From NCBI GenBank assembly GCA_039799905.1, contig JBDLRP010000031.1:1-43683 (forward strand): 43,683 nt of DNA, in the 5' to 3' direction. The position numbers were made by a program, and so were the translations under genes. A model generated the notes under the pieces. It was not told the origin of the DNA, did no database searches, and saw only the letters and a list, made by a program, of their open reading frames with translations. This DNA is from Pseudomonadota bacterium. GTDB lineage: Bacteria; Bdellovibrionota_B; Oligoflexia; Silvanigrellales; Silvanigrellaceae. This document shows positions 26,124-36,396 of this stretch, piece after piece (within the stretch, counting starts at the first letter, position 1; every line of letters begins with the position of its first letter).

Positions 26124-29083
26124 CAGTCACTTCCTGAAGGTGTAATGTGCGGCGCCGCGGAATAATCCATCTGCAGAATTTTTTTGAACAGCTCTGAGAA
26201 TGCAATCTTTTGCTCATCCGCCGTGAGCGGCAGCTGAGCGCGGCGGAGCAGTTCAATTGTCGGACCATGACCCATAAGGTCATCGGTCAGCGGGGCAATG
26301 ACGGGCGCATTGCCCAATCCGCAATCCGGACGCGAGAGGAATTGGATGCCGGTATTGTGCAGCCAGTGGCGTGGCAAGAGAACTTTCTCGGCCACCGTCT
26401 GGATGTAGCCCTCTTCATAAAATTGCAGGAAGGCGTCTTCATCCGGATGGTACATTTTATCGCCGACAATCCAGTGCCCGACAGCAGCAAGGTGAACACG
26501 GATTTGGTTGGTGCGGCCTGTCTGCGGCATGCATGCAAAAAGCGAGTAATCTTCCCACTGCGCAAGACGCAGACAGTGGGTAAGTGCATCGAGACCTTCG
26601 TTCGGGTTGTGCCAAAGCTTAAGACGAATGCGCGAGTTGATGGCCGGACCAATCGGCAGGCTCACGCGAAAAGCATCGGGCAGCGGCCTGTCGCCCTTGG
26701 TGACAGCAAGATACATTTTCTTCACCGATGAATCGCGGAAGCTCAAGGAAAGATCACGGCGTAGCGGAGTGCTGCGCGCACAAACCAAGATTCCCGAGGT
26801 TTCACGATCGATGCGGTGCACCGGCGCCGCATTCGCATAGCCCATCTTTTTTGCAATTTCGATGAAGGTGTTTTTTCCGTAAAGTCCCGCAGCATGAACA
26901 ACCAAATTGCCCGGCTTGCAAAAAACAGCGGCGTCTCCATCGTCATACACTACGGCGATATCGGTCATCATGTCGGGTTCGTATTCAGGCGGATGAAAGA
27001 GCCACAGCTGGTCGCCCTGCTTGAGCACGTAGGTCGGCTTGACGTTCAAAAGGTTCGCAGGTGCGGCATCGCTGGTGTGATTTTTGGGCGAATTCTGCTC
27101 GATGAGAACTTCGCCAATCTCGACACGCTGCTGCCAGATGTCGCGCGTGTGGAATTTAAATTTTTCGCCGAGATGCCGGTCGAGCCGCAGGCCGACTCCG
27201 ACATGTTCGAGCCGTCCGCCCAATCGGCGGAAATGTTTTTTGTCGGGCACAACCCGCTGCTCACGGCGCCGCGAGATACGCGCACGTAACATACTTTGCA
27301 ATACTTTCTCGGGCAGGCCGTCCTCACCCTCTTCATCGCCCGCAGTTGGCGTGTAACGGGCATTTTTCTGTTCGGCGATGAATCGTGACATGGCGGCAAG
27401 AACAAGCTGCGCATCGACGCGGGTGATACGCTGGAGCGGCTCATCCAATACTTCGAAACAGGCCGCAGCTCCGCCGCCGGTGAGCAGCACCTGACCAACC
27501 GAATATCGACGCACGAGCGATTCGACGAGCCCTGCAAGCTGGAGTGATATTCCGCGCAACATCGAAAGTGGCGTCGAAAATGGTCCGTCGCGCTCAGCCT
27601 GAGGTGAAGGCAAAGTCGACGGGAGTGTAACGTTCGGCAGGCGAGCGGTTTTCTCGTGCAGGGCGCGCAGCGACATCGCCGGACCGGCAAGAATAATGCT
27701 GTCGAGGATTTTAAGTTCGGGACTGACGACAACTGCTGTCAATGCCGTGCCCACGGAGAAGACGGCAACGGGCTTTGCAAGTTGCCGAGCGTGTTGTGCA
27801 GCGGCCCATGCCTGCAAAGCGCGATCCACCCCGATATGACCAGCAACATATTCAGCGTCAAGTCCGGCATCGCGCATCACAGCATCGGCATTCACGGGCG
27901 ACAGCGAAACTTCGCGGGCGGCATTTCCATGATGAATGAACAAAGACTCAATGCAGTCGACAACCTTTGCGGAATGACCCGCATTTGCAACTGCCGACCA
28001 CACCAGCTGGACGTGCTGGGCGCCCTCAACGGCAGCAAGAAGACTCTGTGCCAGCTCGGATTTATTGAAAAGATTCTGTTCTGCTACAGTGCGTTTATCC
28101 AACTGAGCCCAGTTAATTTGTCCGGCACGTACTGCTCCGCTGCACTCGCTTCGCCAGTGAATCTGCGTGTTGCCAAAATCAACGCAGACACGCGCCGAAA
28201 TTTGCGGGAACGAAACATCGGCCGAAAGAATGGCATCACGATGCCCTTCAAGCAGAAGACCACCCTCGGCGGAAAGTCCGGCAAACGCGCCGGTTTGCGC
28301 GCCTTTATTGACGGACAACGGAGTTCCGAGTGGCAACGAACGCTCGAGCGTCAAATGCATCAGCTGTTCGGACGAGCGTTCGATCTGCAGATAATCAGCC
28401 AACTCGCGTTCGATTTCCTCGGCAACGACCATACTCATGGTCTTTCGCATTCCCGCGGTTACAGCAGACGGATTCACTCCCCAAAGAGAAAGAACACTGC
28501 TGGCCTGCGCAACTTGCTCTGGAGCGGAAAACAAATTGAGACCAAGGCCGATGCTGACAAACTGCAGACTGTCGGCACGGAAGGATGACTCACAAAGAAT
28601 GCCTGCGACTTTTTTGGGTGCGTGGGAGAGTCTGCCCTGCGGCCACGCCCACACATCGTTGGGCCATTTCAGACGTGCCTCACAGGGCGATTCAGCGGGC
28701 ATACAGCGGCTGAATTCAAGCATGTTTGCCAGACGCGCGCGTGCACGCCACAGTGCATCAACCACCGCACATCCGACGGCAAGGCTCAGCCAGCTGAGTG
28801 GAATTTTGACAAATTGTGCGGGAATCACAAAGGTACAGGGACCAAAATCTCCCAGCTGCTGCACACCGCCGGCCACATCCGCGCGCTCAACCACTTGCGA
28901 ATTTTCTTGCCCAGCGCCTGCTTCGGAAGCACCGGCCTGTGTCCACACACTTCCGCCCCGCCCGCGTCCCGCCGTTTGCACACGGCACATCACTGCAAAG
29001 GGTGTCGCACTGCCGCGCTCAGCAATTAGCGTGCGGGCCAAATCCATTGTCGAGGTCGTTTGCACTACGGTGAACGTTTTCAT
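26123..29083 (-). CDS. Triple fusion: biotin-protein ligase (BirA, no HTH) + type III pantothenate kinase (CoaX) + RluA/RluD-family pseudouridine synthase
   Basis: BirA: QTAGRGR, LKWPND, KVAGILCE. CoaX: DFGNT, GVDR, GTA, TGG. Rlu: RLDRHL (S4-like), KPGNLVVH, HRIDRETSG, TGRTNQIRVH, IVGDKMY. One uninterrupted 986-codon frame. Confidence 0.88.
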   Translation of the reverse strand: MKTFTVVQTTSTMDLARTLIAERGSATPFAVMCRVQTAGRGRGGSVWTQAGASEAGAGQENSQVVERADVAGGVQQLGDFGPCTFVIPAQFVKIPLSWLSLAVGCAVVDALWRARARLANMLEFSRCMPAESPCEARLKWPNDVWAWPQGRLSHAPKKVAGILCESSFRADSLQFVSIGLGLNLFSAPEQVAQASSVLSLWGVNPSAVTAGMRKTMSMVVAEEIERELADYLQIERSSEQLMHLTLERSLPLGTPLSVNKGAQTGAFAGLSAEGGLLLEGHRDAILSADVSFPQISARVCVDFGNTQIHWRSECSGAVRAGQINWAQLDKRTVAEQNLFNKSELAQSLLAAVEGAQHVQLVWSAVANAGHSAKVVDCIESLFIHHGNAAREVSLSPVNADAVMRDAGLDAEYVAGHIGVDRALQAWAAAQHARQLAKPVAVFSVGTALTAVVVSPELKILDSIILAGPAMSLRALHEKTARLPNVTLPSTLPSPQAERDGPFSTPLSMLRGISLQLAGLVESLVRRYSVGQVLLTGGGAAACFEVLDEPLQRITRVDAQLVLAAMSRFIAEQKNARYTPTAGDEEGEDGLPEKVLQSMLRARISRRREQRVVPDKKHFRRLGGRLEHVGVGLRLDRHLGEKFKFHTRDIWQQRVEIGEVLIEQNSPKNHTSDAAPANLLNVKPTYVLKQGDQLWLFHPPEYEPDMMTDIAVVYDDGDAAVFCKPGNLVVHAAGLYGKNTFIEIAKKMGYANAAPVHRIDRETSGILVCARSTPLRRDLSLSFRDSSVKKMYLAVTKGDRPLPDAFRVSLPIGPAINSRIRLKLWHNPNEGLDALTHCLRLAQWEDYSLFACMPQTGRTNQIRVHLAAVGHWIVGDKMYHPDEDAFLQFYEEGYIQTVAEKVLLPRHWLHNTGIQFLSRPDCGLGNAPVIAPLTDDLMGHGPTIELLRRAQLPLTADEQKIAFSELFKKILQMDYSAAPHITPSGSD

Positions 29084-29089
29084 TTTTTT

Positions 29090-30040
29090 TCACACCACCG
29101 GATACAGCTGCAGACTCATGTCGACCCACGTGGCCTGATGAATAAGCGCACCAGAACTCAGATAATCAACTCCAAGCTGTGCGACGGCTGCGATATTTTC
29201 TTCGCTCAAATTGCCACTGACCTCGAGTGCAGCGGCACCGCCCGCAGCATTTCTTTCCTCAACTGCAATCCGGACATCGGACAAAGGAAAATTGTCGAGC
29301 ATGATGACATCCGCTCCGCCTCTGAGCGCCTCGCGGAATTCGCTCAGGTTTGTGACTTCCACTTCGAGCTTAGTCAGGACAGGGGCGTTTTGTGCCGCAT
29401 GCCGCAGTGCCGCGGAGATTCCGCCAAAACTGCGCAAATGATTTTCTTTGAGCATCAGGCCGGTGTCGAGTGCATGCCGATGATTACGCACGCCCGCCAG
29501 ACGCGTCGCATATTTTTCATAAAGACGCAGACCCGGCGTTGTTTTGCGTGTTTCAAGCAACTGCGGTGAGCGGCTTTGCACGGCTGCCGCGGCGCGCTGG
29601 ACAACGTCGAGCATTTTTTTTGATTTTGTCGTGATGCCGCTCAGGTGTGCCGATAAATTCAAAGCCACGCGCTCGCCGAGCAGCAGACACCGTGCATCGC
29701 CCTCACCCTCAAGCACTACATCGCCGGCACGCACCTGCGCACCGTCTTCAAACGACGACTTGAGCGTGAGACCGGCGTGACCGTGCGCACGCTGAAAGAC
29801 AGCCGCCATGAGCGTAAGACCGCACAAAATAAAATCCTGCTTGGCGATAATCTGCATGCGCATCCGTGCGATGTCGGCAGGCTGAGTCCATTGGCTGACA
29901 TCTCCGCCGCCGACATCCTCCGCAAGCCACGCGTCAATGTCGGCATGCACACGGTGGGGCGAAATTCCGAACTGAGAGACGATGCGGCAATCGACCCACT
30001 GCGGATTCAATTCCTTGTTTGACGATTTATCTTGGACCAC
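29090..30040 (-). CDS. nadC: Nicotinate-nucleotide pyrophosphorylase (quinolinate phosphoribosyltransferase)
   Basis: ER.ALN...LSGI.T, TRKTTPGLR..EKYA, HR..L, KENH, EVEV, IMLDNF and GVDYLSSGAL; GTG 30040 with GAGGAG RBS. Confidence 0.95.
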   Translation of the reverse strand: MVQDKSSNKELNPQWVDCRIVSQFGISPHRVHADIDAWLAEDVGGGDVSQWTQPADIARMRMQIIAKQDFILCGLTLMAAVFQRAHGHAGLTLKSSFEDGAQVRAGDVVLEGEGDARCLLLGERVALNLSAHLSGITTKSKKMLDVVQRAAAAVQSRSPQLLETRKTTPGLRLYEKYATRLAGVRNHRHALDTGLMLKENHLRSFGGISAALRHAAQNAPVLTKLEVEVTNLSEFREALRGGADVIMLDNFPLSDVRIAVEERNAAGGAAALEVSGNLSEENIAAVAQLGVDYLSSGALIHQATWVDMSLQLYPVV

Positions 30041-30142
30041 ACAGGACTCCTCAGCTGATGCGTGGACTTTCCCACGGCGACAGCTATTGTGACACAGCCG
30101 CCGGAAAAGCACCGGTCCGGCTCCTTGGGGAGAACTCCGGCC

Positions 30143-31618
30143 ATGGACATCGGTCTACCATACAGCGCGTTGATTGAAAGCCTTGAAAACGAAGTCGGGC
30201 AGGGGACTTTTACCGCGTGGTCGTTCGCTCATCAGGGCGGAGCAATTTCGGCATTTTACGCTGATGAAGCGGCACCCCGCGAATGGCTCGTCGACCAAAA
30301 TGCCGCGCTGCATCCCCACCAGCAGCAGGCGCTTTATTGGATGCCGGCCTTTGACCTTGCCAGCTTGACCAAACCCCTGCTGGCCAACGCTTGGCTGCGC
30401 CACTGCCTCGGTGCCGATGCTGTTTTCTGGCAGCAAAGTCCGCTGTCCAGCCTGATTGAGGCACGCAGCGCCGAAGGAGACTTGCTCAAAAAATGGAGCG
30501 AGAAGCAGCCGCGCCTGACGCTGGCCCATCTGCTCAACCACACGAGCGGATTGCCCGCGTGGCGGTGGTTTGGCAGAGCTTTGTGGAAAATTCCAGAAGG
30601 TTCACGGCGTGCTGCAAGCCGCTTGCCAGAGTTGCAATCGGATTCCTCCGGTGAAGAAGCCAGAGGGGCTCAGTTTGAACTGACATCAGCGATTCTTTCA
30701 CTGCCGCACACACTCCCTGCGGGCGACGCGCAGACGACGTATTCGGATCTGAATTATTACCTGCTCGCGCGAGTGATCGAGAATCTCAGCGTGCAAAGCT
30801 TTCGCGGCTGGGAAAGCGTCATTGCCGACCTAAATGCTCTGTGGGGAACACACTTCTGGCATGCGTCGCTCGATCCCGAACGCAGTCAGCAGGCCATTCC
30901 TTATTTTCCGTATGTAAACTCACAGGTGGTCGCCCACGTCTACGAGAACCGCAAATTAAACAACCACGCTGGTGAATTCGGCAGCGTGCATGACACCAAT
31001 GCAAATATTCTTGCCACAGATTTCCGTGCGTCATGCGCCACTCATCCGCTTGTATCATCGCACGCCGGATTGTTCGGCAGTGTCTTGGACGTTGCAAAAA
31101 CGGTCGGATTTTTTCAATCTACACAAAACGATCTGCAGGCAATAAGTTTGCCCCGCCACTGCCAATCGGAACGCTTCCACTGGGGTCTCGACACTCCATC
31201 GGGTCTGTCATCCACAGCCGGAATCAGCCAGTGGCCACTCAAAGACGGGCGAAGAGTATTTGGACATCTTGGATATGCGGGAACTTCATTTTGGCTCGAA
31301 AATGAAGGTCAATATCACATTCTTCTCACCAACCGGACTGCCCATCGCACAAGCATCGGCAGCGTCGGAGTTCCGAGAGTTCTGATTTTCCAAAAAGACA
31401 ACAGCAGCGAGCCACAGTGCTGGATTCGCCGCCAGCAAAATGCCGGTGAACAGGGCCGTCCAACTGCATGGCAATCGGTTCCTTGGCAGGATGCATACAC
31501 ACTGTGTTTTGAGCACAGCCGGATGATCACCCGCTATTGGAATCGCAACATTCTGCGCCGTCCGCCCGACCTTGCCAACATCCGGCGCACCGCCGGACAA
31601 CTCTTATGGTCCGTGTGA
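30143..31618 (+). CDS. Serine hydrolase, beta-lactamase class C / esterase family
   Basis: FDLASLTK (SxxK), LLNHTSGLP, YSDLNY, VHDTNA, HAGLFG and GHLGYAGTS; start set at ATG 30143. Confidence 0.85.
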   Translation: MDIGLPYSALIESLENEVGQGTFTAWSFAHQGGAISAFYADEAAPREWLVDQNAALHPHQQQALYWMPAFDLASLTKPLLANAWLRHCLGADAVFWQQSPLSSLIEARSAEGDLLKKWSEKQPRLTLAHLLNHTSGLPAWRWFGRALWKIPEGSRRAASRLPELQSDSSGEEARGAQFELTSAILSLPHTLPAGDAQTTYSDLNYYLLARVIENLSVQSFRGWESVIADLNALWGTHFWHASLDPERSQQAIPYFPYVNSQVVAHVYENRKLNNHAGEFGSVHDTNANILATDFRASCATHPLVSSHAGLFGSVLDVAKTVGFFQSTQNDLQAISLPRHCQSERFHWGLDTPSGLSSTAGISQWPLKDGRRVFGHLGYAGTSFWLENEGQYHILLTNRTAHRTSIGSVGVPRVLIFQKDNSSEPQCWIRRQQNAGEQGRPTAWQSVPWQDAYTLCFEHSRMITRYWNRNILRRPPDLANIRRTAGQLLWSV

Positions 31619-31676
31619 AATCATGTTAGGGTCCGCCGTGTTCGGCAGGTTCCTACAATAAGGATAGTGCGCAGCC

Positions 31677-32921
31677 ATGAAAAACCGGAAAAGTTTCTTC
31701 AAACGCCCGCTCGGCCTGTTCATAATGGGCACTTTGATTGTCGCTTCCGCGGCATTCGCATGGAATCGGTACAACCGCTCCGCTCAATTCGCAAAACAGC
31801 AAAACGCGCGCACGGTGAGTGTCGTCAAGCGAGATGTACGGCGTGATTTGCTGCTGACAGGCAAAGTTCTGCCCTCGAGTTCGATTGCGGTTTATTCACC
31901 GGTTTCGGGTCAGCTCAAGCAAATCCACGTGCAAGAGGGAGAACGCGTCAAAGAAGGTCAGCTGCTGTTTGCAGTGCTGCAGGACAGCAGTGGTCAGCGA
32001 GAACTTGAAGCACGTCAAGCTGAAGTTCAGAGAACACGACTCGAATTGCAGGCAGCAGAAGAAAATCTCGACCGCCGCCGCAACGTCAGAGACCTTTTTT
32101 CACAAGCCGAAAATGAAAAAGCTGAAAACGACTACGACCGCGCCCAGCTGGCCCACACTGCGGCCAAGCAGCAACTCAGCCTGCTGGAAAATGCGCTCGG
32201 TCTTTCGAACGACGGAGCATCGAAAAAGAGCAAGCGCAGCGGCGATTCACGGACGTCGGTCATCTTCATCAAGGCTCCCAAGCAGGGAGTGGTGACGTTC
32301 TTGAATAAAGCAGTCGGAGAAAGTGTCATGGCAACTGCAGAAAGTGCGGAAGCCACTGGACGCGAGGTTCTGATTATCTCCGACACAGAAAAAATGATGG
32401 TGCGCTCGCGTATTTTGGAAGCTGATTTGGCGGTAGTGCGCGCAGGACAACCCGTACAAATCAAACTCGATGCATTTCCGCAAAAGCCCTATAGCGGCAC
32501 AGTAAGCCGCATCAGCCAACAGGGCGTTGAGGACAAAACCGGCGGCTACACTTATTTTGTCACCGACATGCTGATTGAAAATCCGGATGCTGACGTGCGG
32601 TCACAGATGAACGCGAGCATTGAACTTGTTGTCGCTGAAAAAAAGGACGTGATGGCGCTGCCCGCAAATGCGGTCGCAACCTTGGGAGGATATTCGGTTG
32701 TCGAATTGCCGCGTGAATCTGCCGGCCTTCCGCCAAAATACAAAGCAGTCAAAACTGGAATTTCGACAGACCTGTGGGTTGAACTGACAGGCAACGAACT
32801 AAGCGCCGGTGACAAAGTGTTGGAGATTGATTTTGCCAAACTCGACCTAAAGAAACTCGGCGAAGGAAAACTCGGTCAGGACTCCGCAGGCACAGGCACT
32901 CCACACACTTCCAGAGAATGA
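31677..32921 (+). CDS. macA: Periplasmic adaptor (membrane fusion protein), MacA-like
   Basis: N-terminal TM, lipoyl half-motifs SPVSGQL..VQEGERV and IKAPKQGVV, coiled-coil hairpin, GQPVQIKLDAFP. Confidence 0.85.
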   Translation: MKNRKSFFKRPLGLFIMGTLIVASAAFAWNRYNRSAQFAKQQNARTVSVVKRDVRRDLLLTGKVLPSSSIAVYSPVSGQLKQIHVQEGERVKEGQLLFAVLQDSSGQRELEARQAEVQRTRLELQAAEENLDRRRNVRDLFSQAENEKAENDYDRAQLAHTAAKQQLSLLENALGLSNDGASKKSKRSGDSRTSVIFIKAPKQGVVTFLNKAVGESVMATAESAEATGREVLIISDTEKMMVRSRILEADLAVVRAGQPVQIKLDAFPQKPYSGTVSRISQQGVEDKTGGYTYFVTDMLIENPDADVRSQMNASIELVVAEKKDVMALPANAVATLGGYSVVELPRESAGLPPKYKAVKTGISTDLWVELTGNELSAGDKVLEIDFAKLDLKKLGEGKLGQDSAGTGTPHTSRE

Positions 32922-32931
32922 GATCACACTC

Positions 32932-34992
32932 ATGACGCGCTCAGGTGAATCACTGTTTCAGCTGGAACAGGTAACCTATACCTATACAGCGCTCAACACG
33001 CCTGCTTATGTCGCTTTGAAAAAGCTGAATCTTGAGATCCGTCGCGGAGAGTTTGTCGCCATTATCGGACCGAGCGGCTCTGGCAAGTCGACACTGATGC
33101 ACCTGCTCGGGCTCATGGCCGAACCCAGCGATGGCGTTCTGAAAATTCATGGCACCGACTTTGCAAAACTCTCAGCCAACGAAAAATCTGCACTCAGAAA
33201 CAAACACATCGGCTTTCTTTTTCAACAGTTCTTTTTGCTGCCGCAGCTGAGCGTCATCGAAAATATCATGCTGCCAGCCGAATACGCGGTAAGCATGCAG
33301 CAGCATGAAAATCTTTACGAAAAAGCAATCAGTCTGGTGAAACGCTATGGCCTGACGGGACAGGAGCACAAAAAACCCACAGGCCTTTCAGGCGGTCAAA
33401 AACAACGTGTGGCGCTGTGCCGTGCGCTGATGATGGAACCCGACGTTCTGCTCTGTGACGAACCCACCGGTGCTCTCGACAGCGCCACCGCGCAGGAGGT
33501 TCTGCAAACCCTTGCTGAACTAAATGCAGCGGGAAGAACGGTGATCGTCATCACTCACGACCCCGAGGTTGCAGAACGTGCAGGGCGCATCATTAAAATT
33601 GTCGACGGCAACATTGTCTCCGACTCGGTCAACAAAAAGACTTCGCTACACCCTGATGAGTTAACTTCTTTCACACCAGAGGACGTGCGCCCTGGCGCTG
33701 CGTTTCTCTCTGAACGGGTGAAGCTCGCAATCAAGCAGATGTTCGTGCCGACCTGGCAATCGCTCAAAACACAAAAATTGCGGACAGCCCTCACCATGAC
33801 CGGACTGCTGCTCGGCGTTGCAAGCGTGTTCATCATGCTGACGCTCACCGGACGTGTCGGTAAAATCTTTGAGGATTTCTTTGCCACACAGGGTTCACGC
33901 GAAGCGTTCGTCAATTTCGATCACCGCCTTGCAGAAAAAACGGGTGCACCGCGCTGGCGTGGACTCAATGCCAAAACAGAGCTGCCCAAACTCAGTCAGC
34001 GCGTTGAACGGTACGGAAGAATCGAGCCCAGTGTCAGCACCGGCAGCTGTGCCATTGTTTCATCCACGGGCAACATTAAAAACAGTCTGGTCGGATTAAA
34101 TTCACTTCAGCAGTTGCGCGCAGGCTCCATGCGCATTGCAAAGGGCCGCATGCCGATGCCGCACGAATTTGACGGCAAACAGCCGGCTCGCGTTGCATTA
34201 CTTGGCAGCGATGCTGCTGTGAAACTCTTTGCACCGCGCGGCAGCGGCAAAAACACCTCTGATTCAGTGATCGGGCAGCACATCGTCGTTCGCGGATGCG
34301 AATTTGAAGGCATCCTGACGGTCATCGGTGTGCTTGAGCCGATAGACACCCTCTTCGACAGAGGGGTCAACAGCTCTGTTTACATACCAACACAAACGCT
34401 CTTCGCGGGTGGTGTATCGCTCTACAAACCTTTTTTTACAGTGGTCCCGAATGAAGGTGTGAGCCCGACGTGGTTTGCAAAACACGTCATAGGCCACCTG
34501 ACGGTGATGACAGGCAATCAGTTTCCGTTCCGGTTTTTTGCTGCCGAACAAGAGCTTGAGAAATTCAACCTGATGATGGGAATCCTGACTGGCCTGACGC
34601 TCGTGATTGGAGCTCTGTGCACACTCATCGGCGGCATCGGGGTCATGAACATCATGCTCGTGAGCGTGCATGAGCGTGTTCAGGAAATCGGCATCCGCAA
34701 GGCTGTCGGTGCACGCGACTCACACATCCGGTCGCAGTTTCTCTTCGAATCCGTCGGGCTCTGCTTGATCAGCGGCGGGCTTGGTCTTTTGCTTGGAATT
34801 GCAGTCAGCTCTCTGGCATTTGCACTGGCCAGACTTTTTTTACCTAAGGTTGAAAACCTCAGTTACCAACTCGATCCTATGGCCCTGCTCATCTCGATTG
34901 CTGTAAGCGTCGGCGCTGGCATCGCTTTCGGCACTTGGCCGGCACGCAGAGCCGCTGCCATGGACGTCGTTGATGCGCTCAAACAGGAGTGA
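32932..34992 (+). CDS. macB: MacB-like ABC ATPase-permease fusion (copy 1)
   Basis: GPSGSGKST, LSGGQKQR, DEPTGALD, ITHD and GGIGVMNIMLVSVHERVQEIGIRKAVGA. Confidence 0.92.
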   Translation: MTRSGESLFQLEQVTYTYTALNTPAYVALKKLNLEIRRGEFVAIIGPSGSGKSTLMHLLGLMAEPSDGVLKIHGTDFAKLSANEKSALRNKHIGFLFQQFFLLPQLSVIENIMLPAEYAVSMQQHENLYEKAISLVKRYGLTGQEHKKPTGLSGGQKQRVALCRALMMEPDVLLCDEPTGALDSATAQEVLQTLAELNAAGRTVIVITHDPEVAERAGRIIKIVDGNIVSDSVNKKTSLHPDELTSFTPEDVRPGAAFLSERVKLAIKQMFVPTWQSLKTQKLRTALTMTGLLLGVASVFIMLTLTGRVGKIFEDFFATQGSREAFVNFDHRLAEKTGAPRWRGLNAKTELPKLSQRVERYGRIEPSVSTGSCAIVSSTGNIKNSLVGLNSLQQLRAGSMRIAKGRMPMPHEFDGKQPARVALLGSDAAVKLFAPRGSGKNTSDSVIGQHIVVRGCEFEGILTVIGVLEPIDTLFDRGVNSSVYIPTQTLFAGGVSLYKPFFTVVPNEGVSPTWFAKHVIGHLTVMTGNQFPFRFFAAEQELEKFNLMMGILTGLTLVIGALCTLIGGIGVMNIMLVSVHERVQEIGIRKAVGARDSHIRSQFLFESVGLCLISGGLGLLLGIAVSSLAFALARLFLPKVENLSYQLDPMALLISIAVSVGAGIAFGTWPARRAAAMDVVDALKQE

Positions 34993-34995
34993 ACA

Positions 34996-36396
34996 ATGAA
35001 AAAAACCATTGCGGCATTTATTTTGTGCATCCTAATCGTCACCGCGCCGAACACTGCGCAATCGGCGGATTTCAATAATCAGCTGCCGCCGGAACTCAGC
35101 GGGTGGCAAAAAGAAATCAAAGAACTGCTCGGCCAATTCAGTACAATCGACAGTGCAGAAGCGGCTGCAAGTGAGGCTTCAGCAGCAGTGGAAACCAGCC
35201 GGCAGAAATTTTATCCGACACTCTCGGCCGGAAGCCAGCTGAGCCGTTCCCAGACGAATGCTGACAGCAACAACGGGCAAAATCTCAAAAGCGGTCCCGA
35301 CAATGATCTCCAGTTAAACCTGACGCTGCGACAGAATGTTTTCAGCGGGGGTGTCGATTGGCAGAAAATGACTCTTGCCCAAAAGCGAGAGAAGCTTGCA
35401 CGTCTGAGAGCGATGCTCGCAAAAAGAAACCATGTGCGGCAGTGGCTTAAGGATGTGGCTTCGATTCTTCACCAACAACAGATCGTCGCCCTGCAGACTG
35501 AGGCAGCGACACAGGCAAAGGCACTCAAGGTTCTTGCCACCAGAAAAGAGGCGAGCGGATTTCTAGGGCGGCGCGATCTGCTCGACTCGGAGCGCGAGTT
35601 ACTGCGAGTCGAACAAGAAACATTGCAGGCAAACAACACTCTACAGGAACTACAAACACGCTATTCGAGTGTCTACCGAATGGCATTATCCAAGGATCAC
35701 AAAACCGACGACTTCAAAGTTTTCCTCAGTGCCGCAGCAGGCATGGACTCAGACAAGGCCAAACATGCGGACGCTGCAGGAAGTCTCATGACTGTCGCGC
35801 TTTCGGAGTTGGAGCTCTCACTTGCCGAAGAAGACGCGACTCTTGCCTCGCGCGGACGATTTTCACCACGTATCGACCTCGCCGCACAGGCGTTGAGTTC
35901 AAGACAATTGAACGACACGCGCACAAATTCTGGCACTTTAAATTCGCGCGGCTCCGCAGCGGGCGATTCAACGCGTTCGTGGAGTTTGTCGCTCAGCGGT
36001 GAACTTGCGTTCAATCCACCGACTGCCTTTGGCGTAATGGAAGAAGCCCGGGCGCGAATATCATCGGCGCGCATCAGCCAACAGTCGACCCGCGAAAGTG
36101 CCATCGCGAGTCTGAACAATACACACACGCGACTGCAGCAAATCCGCGAACAAAAACGCGGCTACGAACGGCTTCTCACACTCACACGACAACTGCATGA
36201 AAAAAATCAGCGCCTTTTTGAAGCGGGAGAACTTTCCATCGACAGGCTGATTGCCTCGCAGCAGACACTCAGCCGCGACACCATCACACTTGCGTCAATA
36301 GGACATGATGAGCTGCGACTGGCCATCGACATCTCGCTGAGCCGCAGCTGGAATCTAGCCCCCGCTGCGGGCAACACTCAGGCAACAACGCCATGA
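34996..36396 (+). CDS. tolC: TolC family outer membrane efflux protein
   Basis: Signal peptide, repeated P.L/I...beta-strand + helix pattern (FYPTLS, FSPRID), RLFEAGELS motif, position within the mac operon. Confidence 0.8.
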   Translation: MKKTIAAFILCILIVTAPNTAQSADFNNQLPPELSGWQKEIKELLGQFSTIDSAEAAASEASAAVETSRQKFYPTLSAGSQLSRSQTNADSNNGQNLKSGPDNDLQLNLTLRQNVFSGGVDWQKMTLAQKREKLARLRAMLAKRNHVRQWLKDVASILHQQQIVALQTEAATQAKALKVLATRKEASGFLGRRDLLDSERELLRVEQETLQANNTLQELQTRYSSVYRMALSKDHKTDDFKVFLSAAAGMDSDKAKHADAAGSLMTVALSELELSLAEEDATLASRGRFSPRIDLAAQALSSRQLNDTRTNSGTLNSRGSAAGDSTRSWSLSLSGELAFNPPTAFGVMEEARARISSARISQQSTRESAIASLNNTHTRLQQIREQKRGYERLLTLTRQLHEKNQRLFEAGELSIDRLIASQQTLSRDTITLASIGHDELRLAIDISLSRSWNLAPAAGNTQATTP

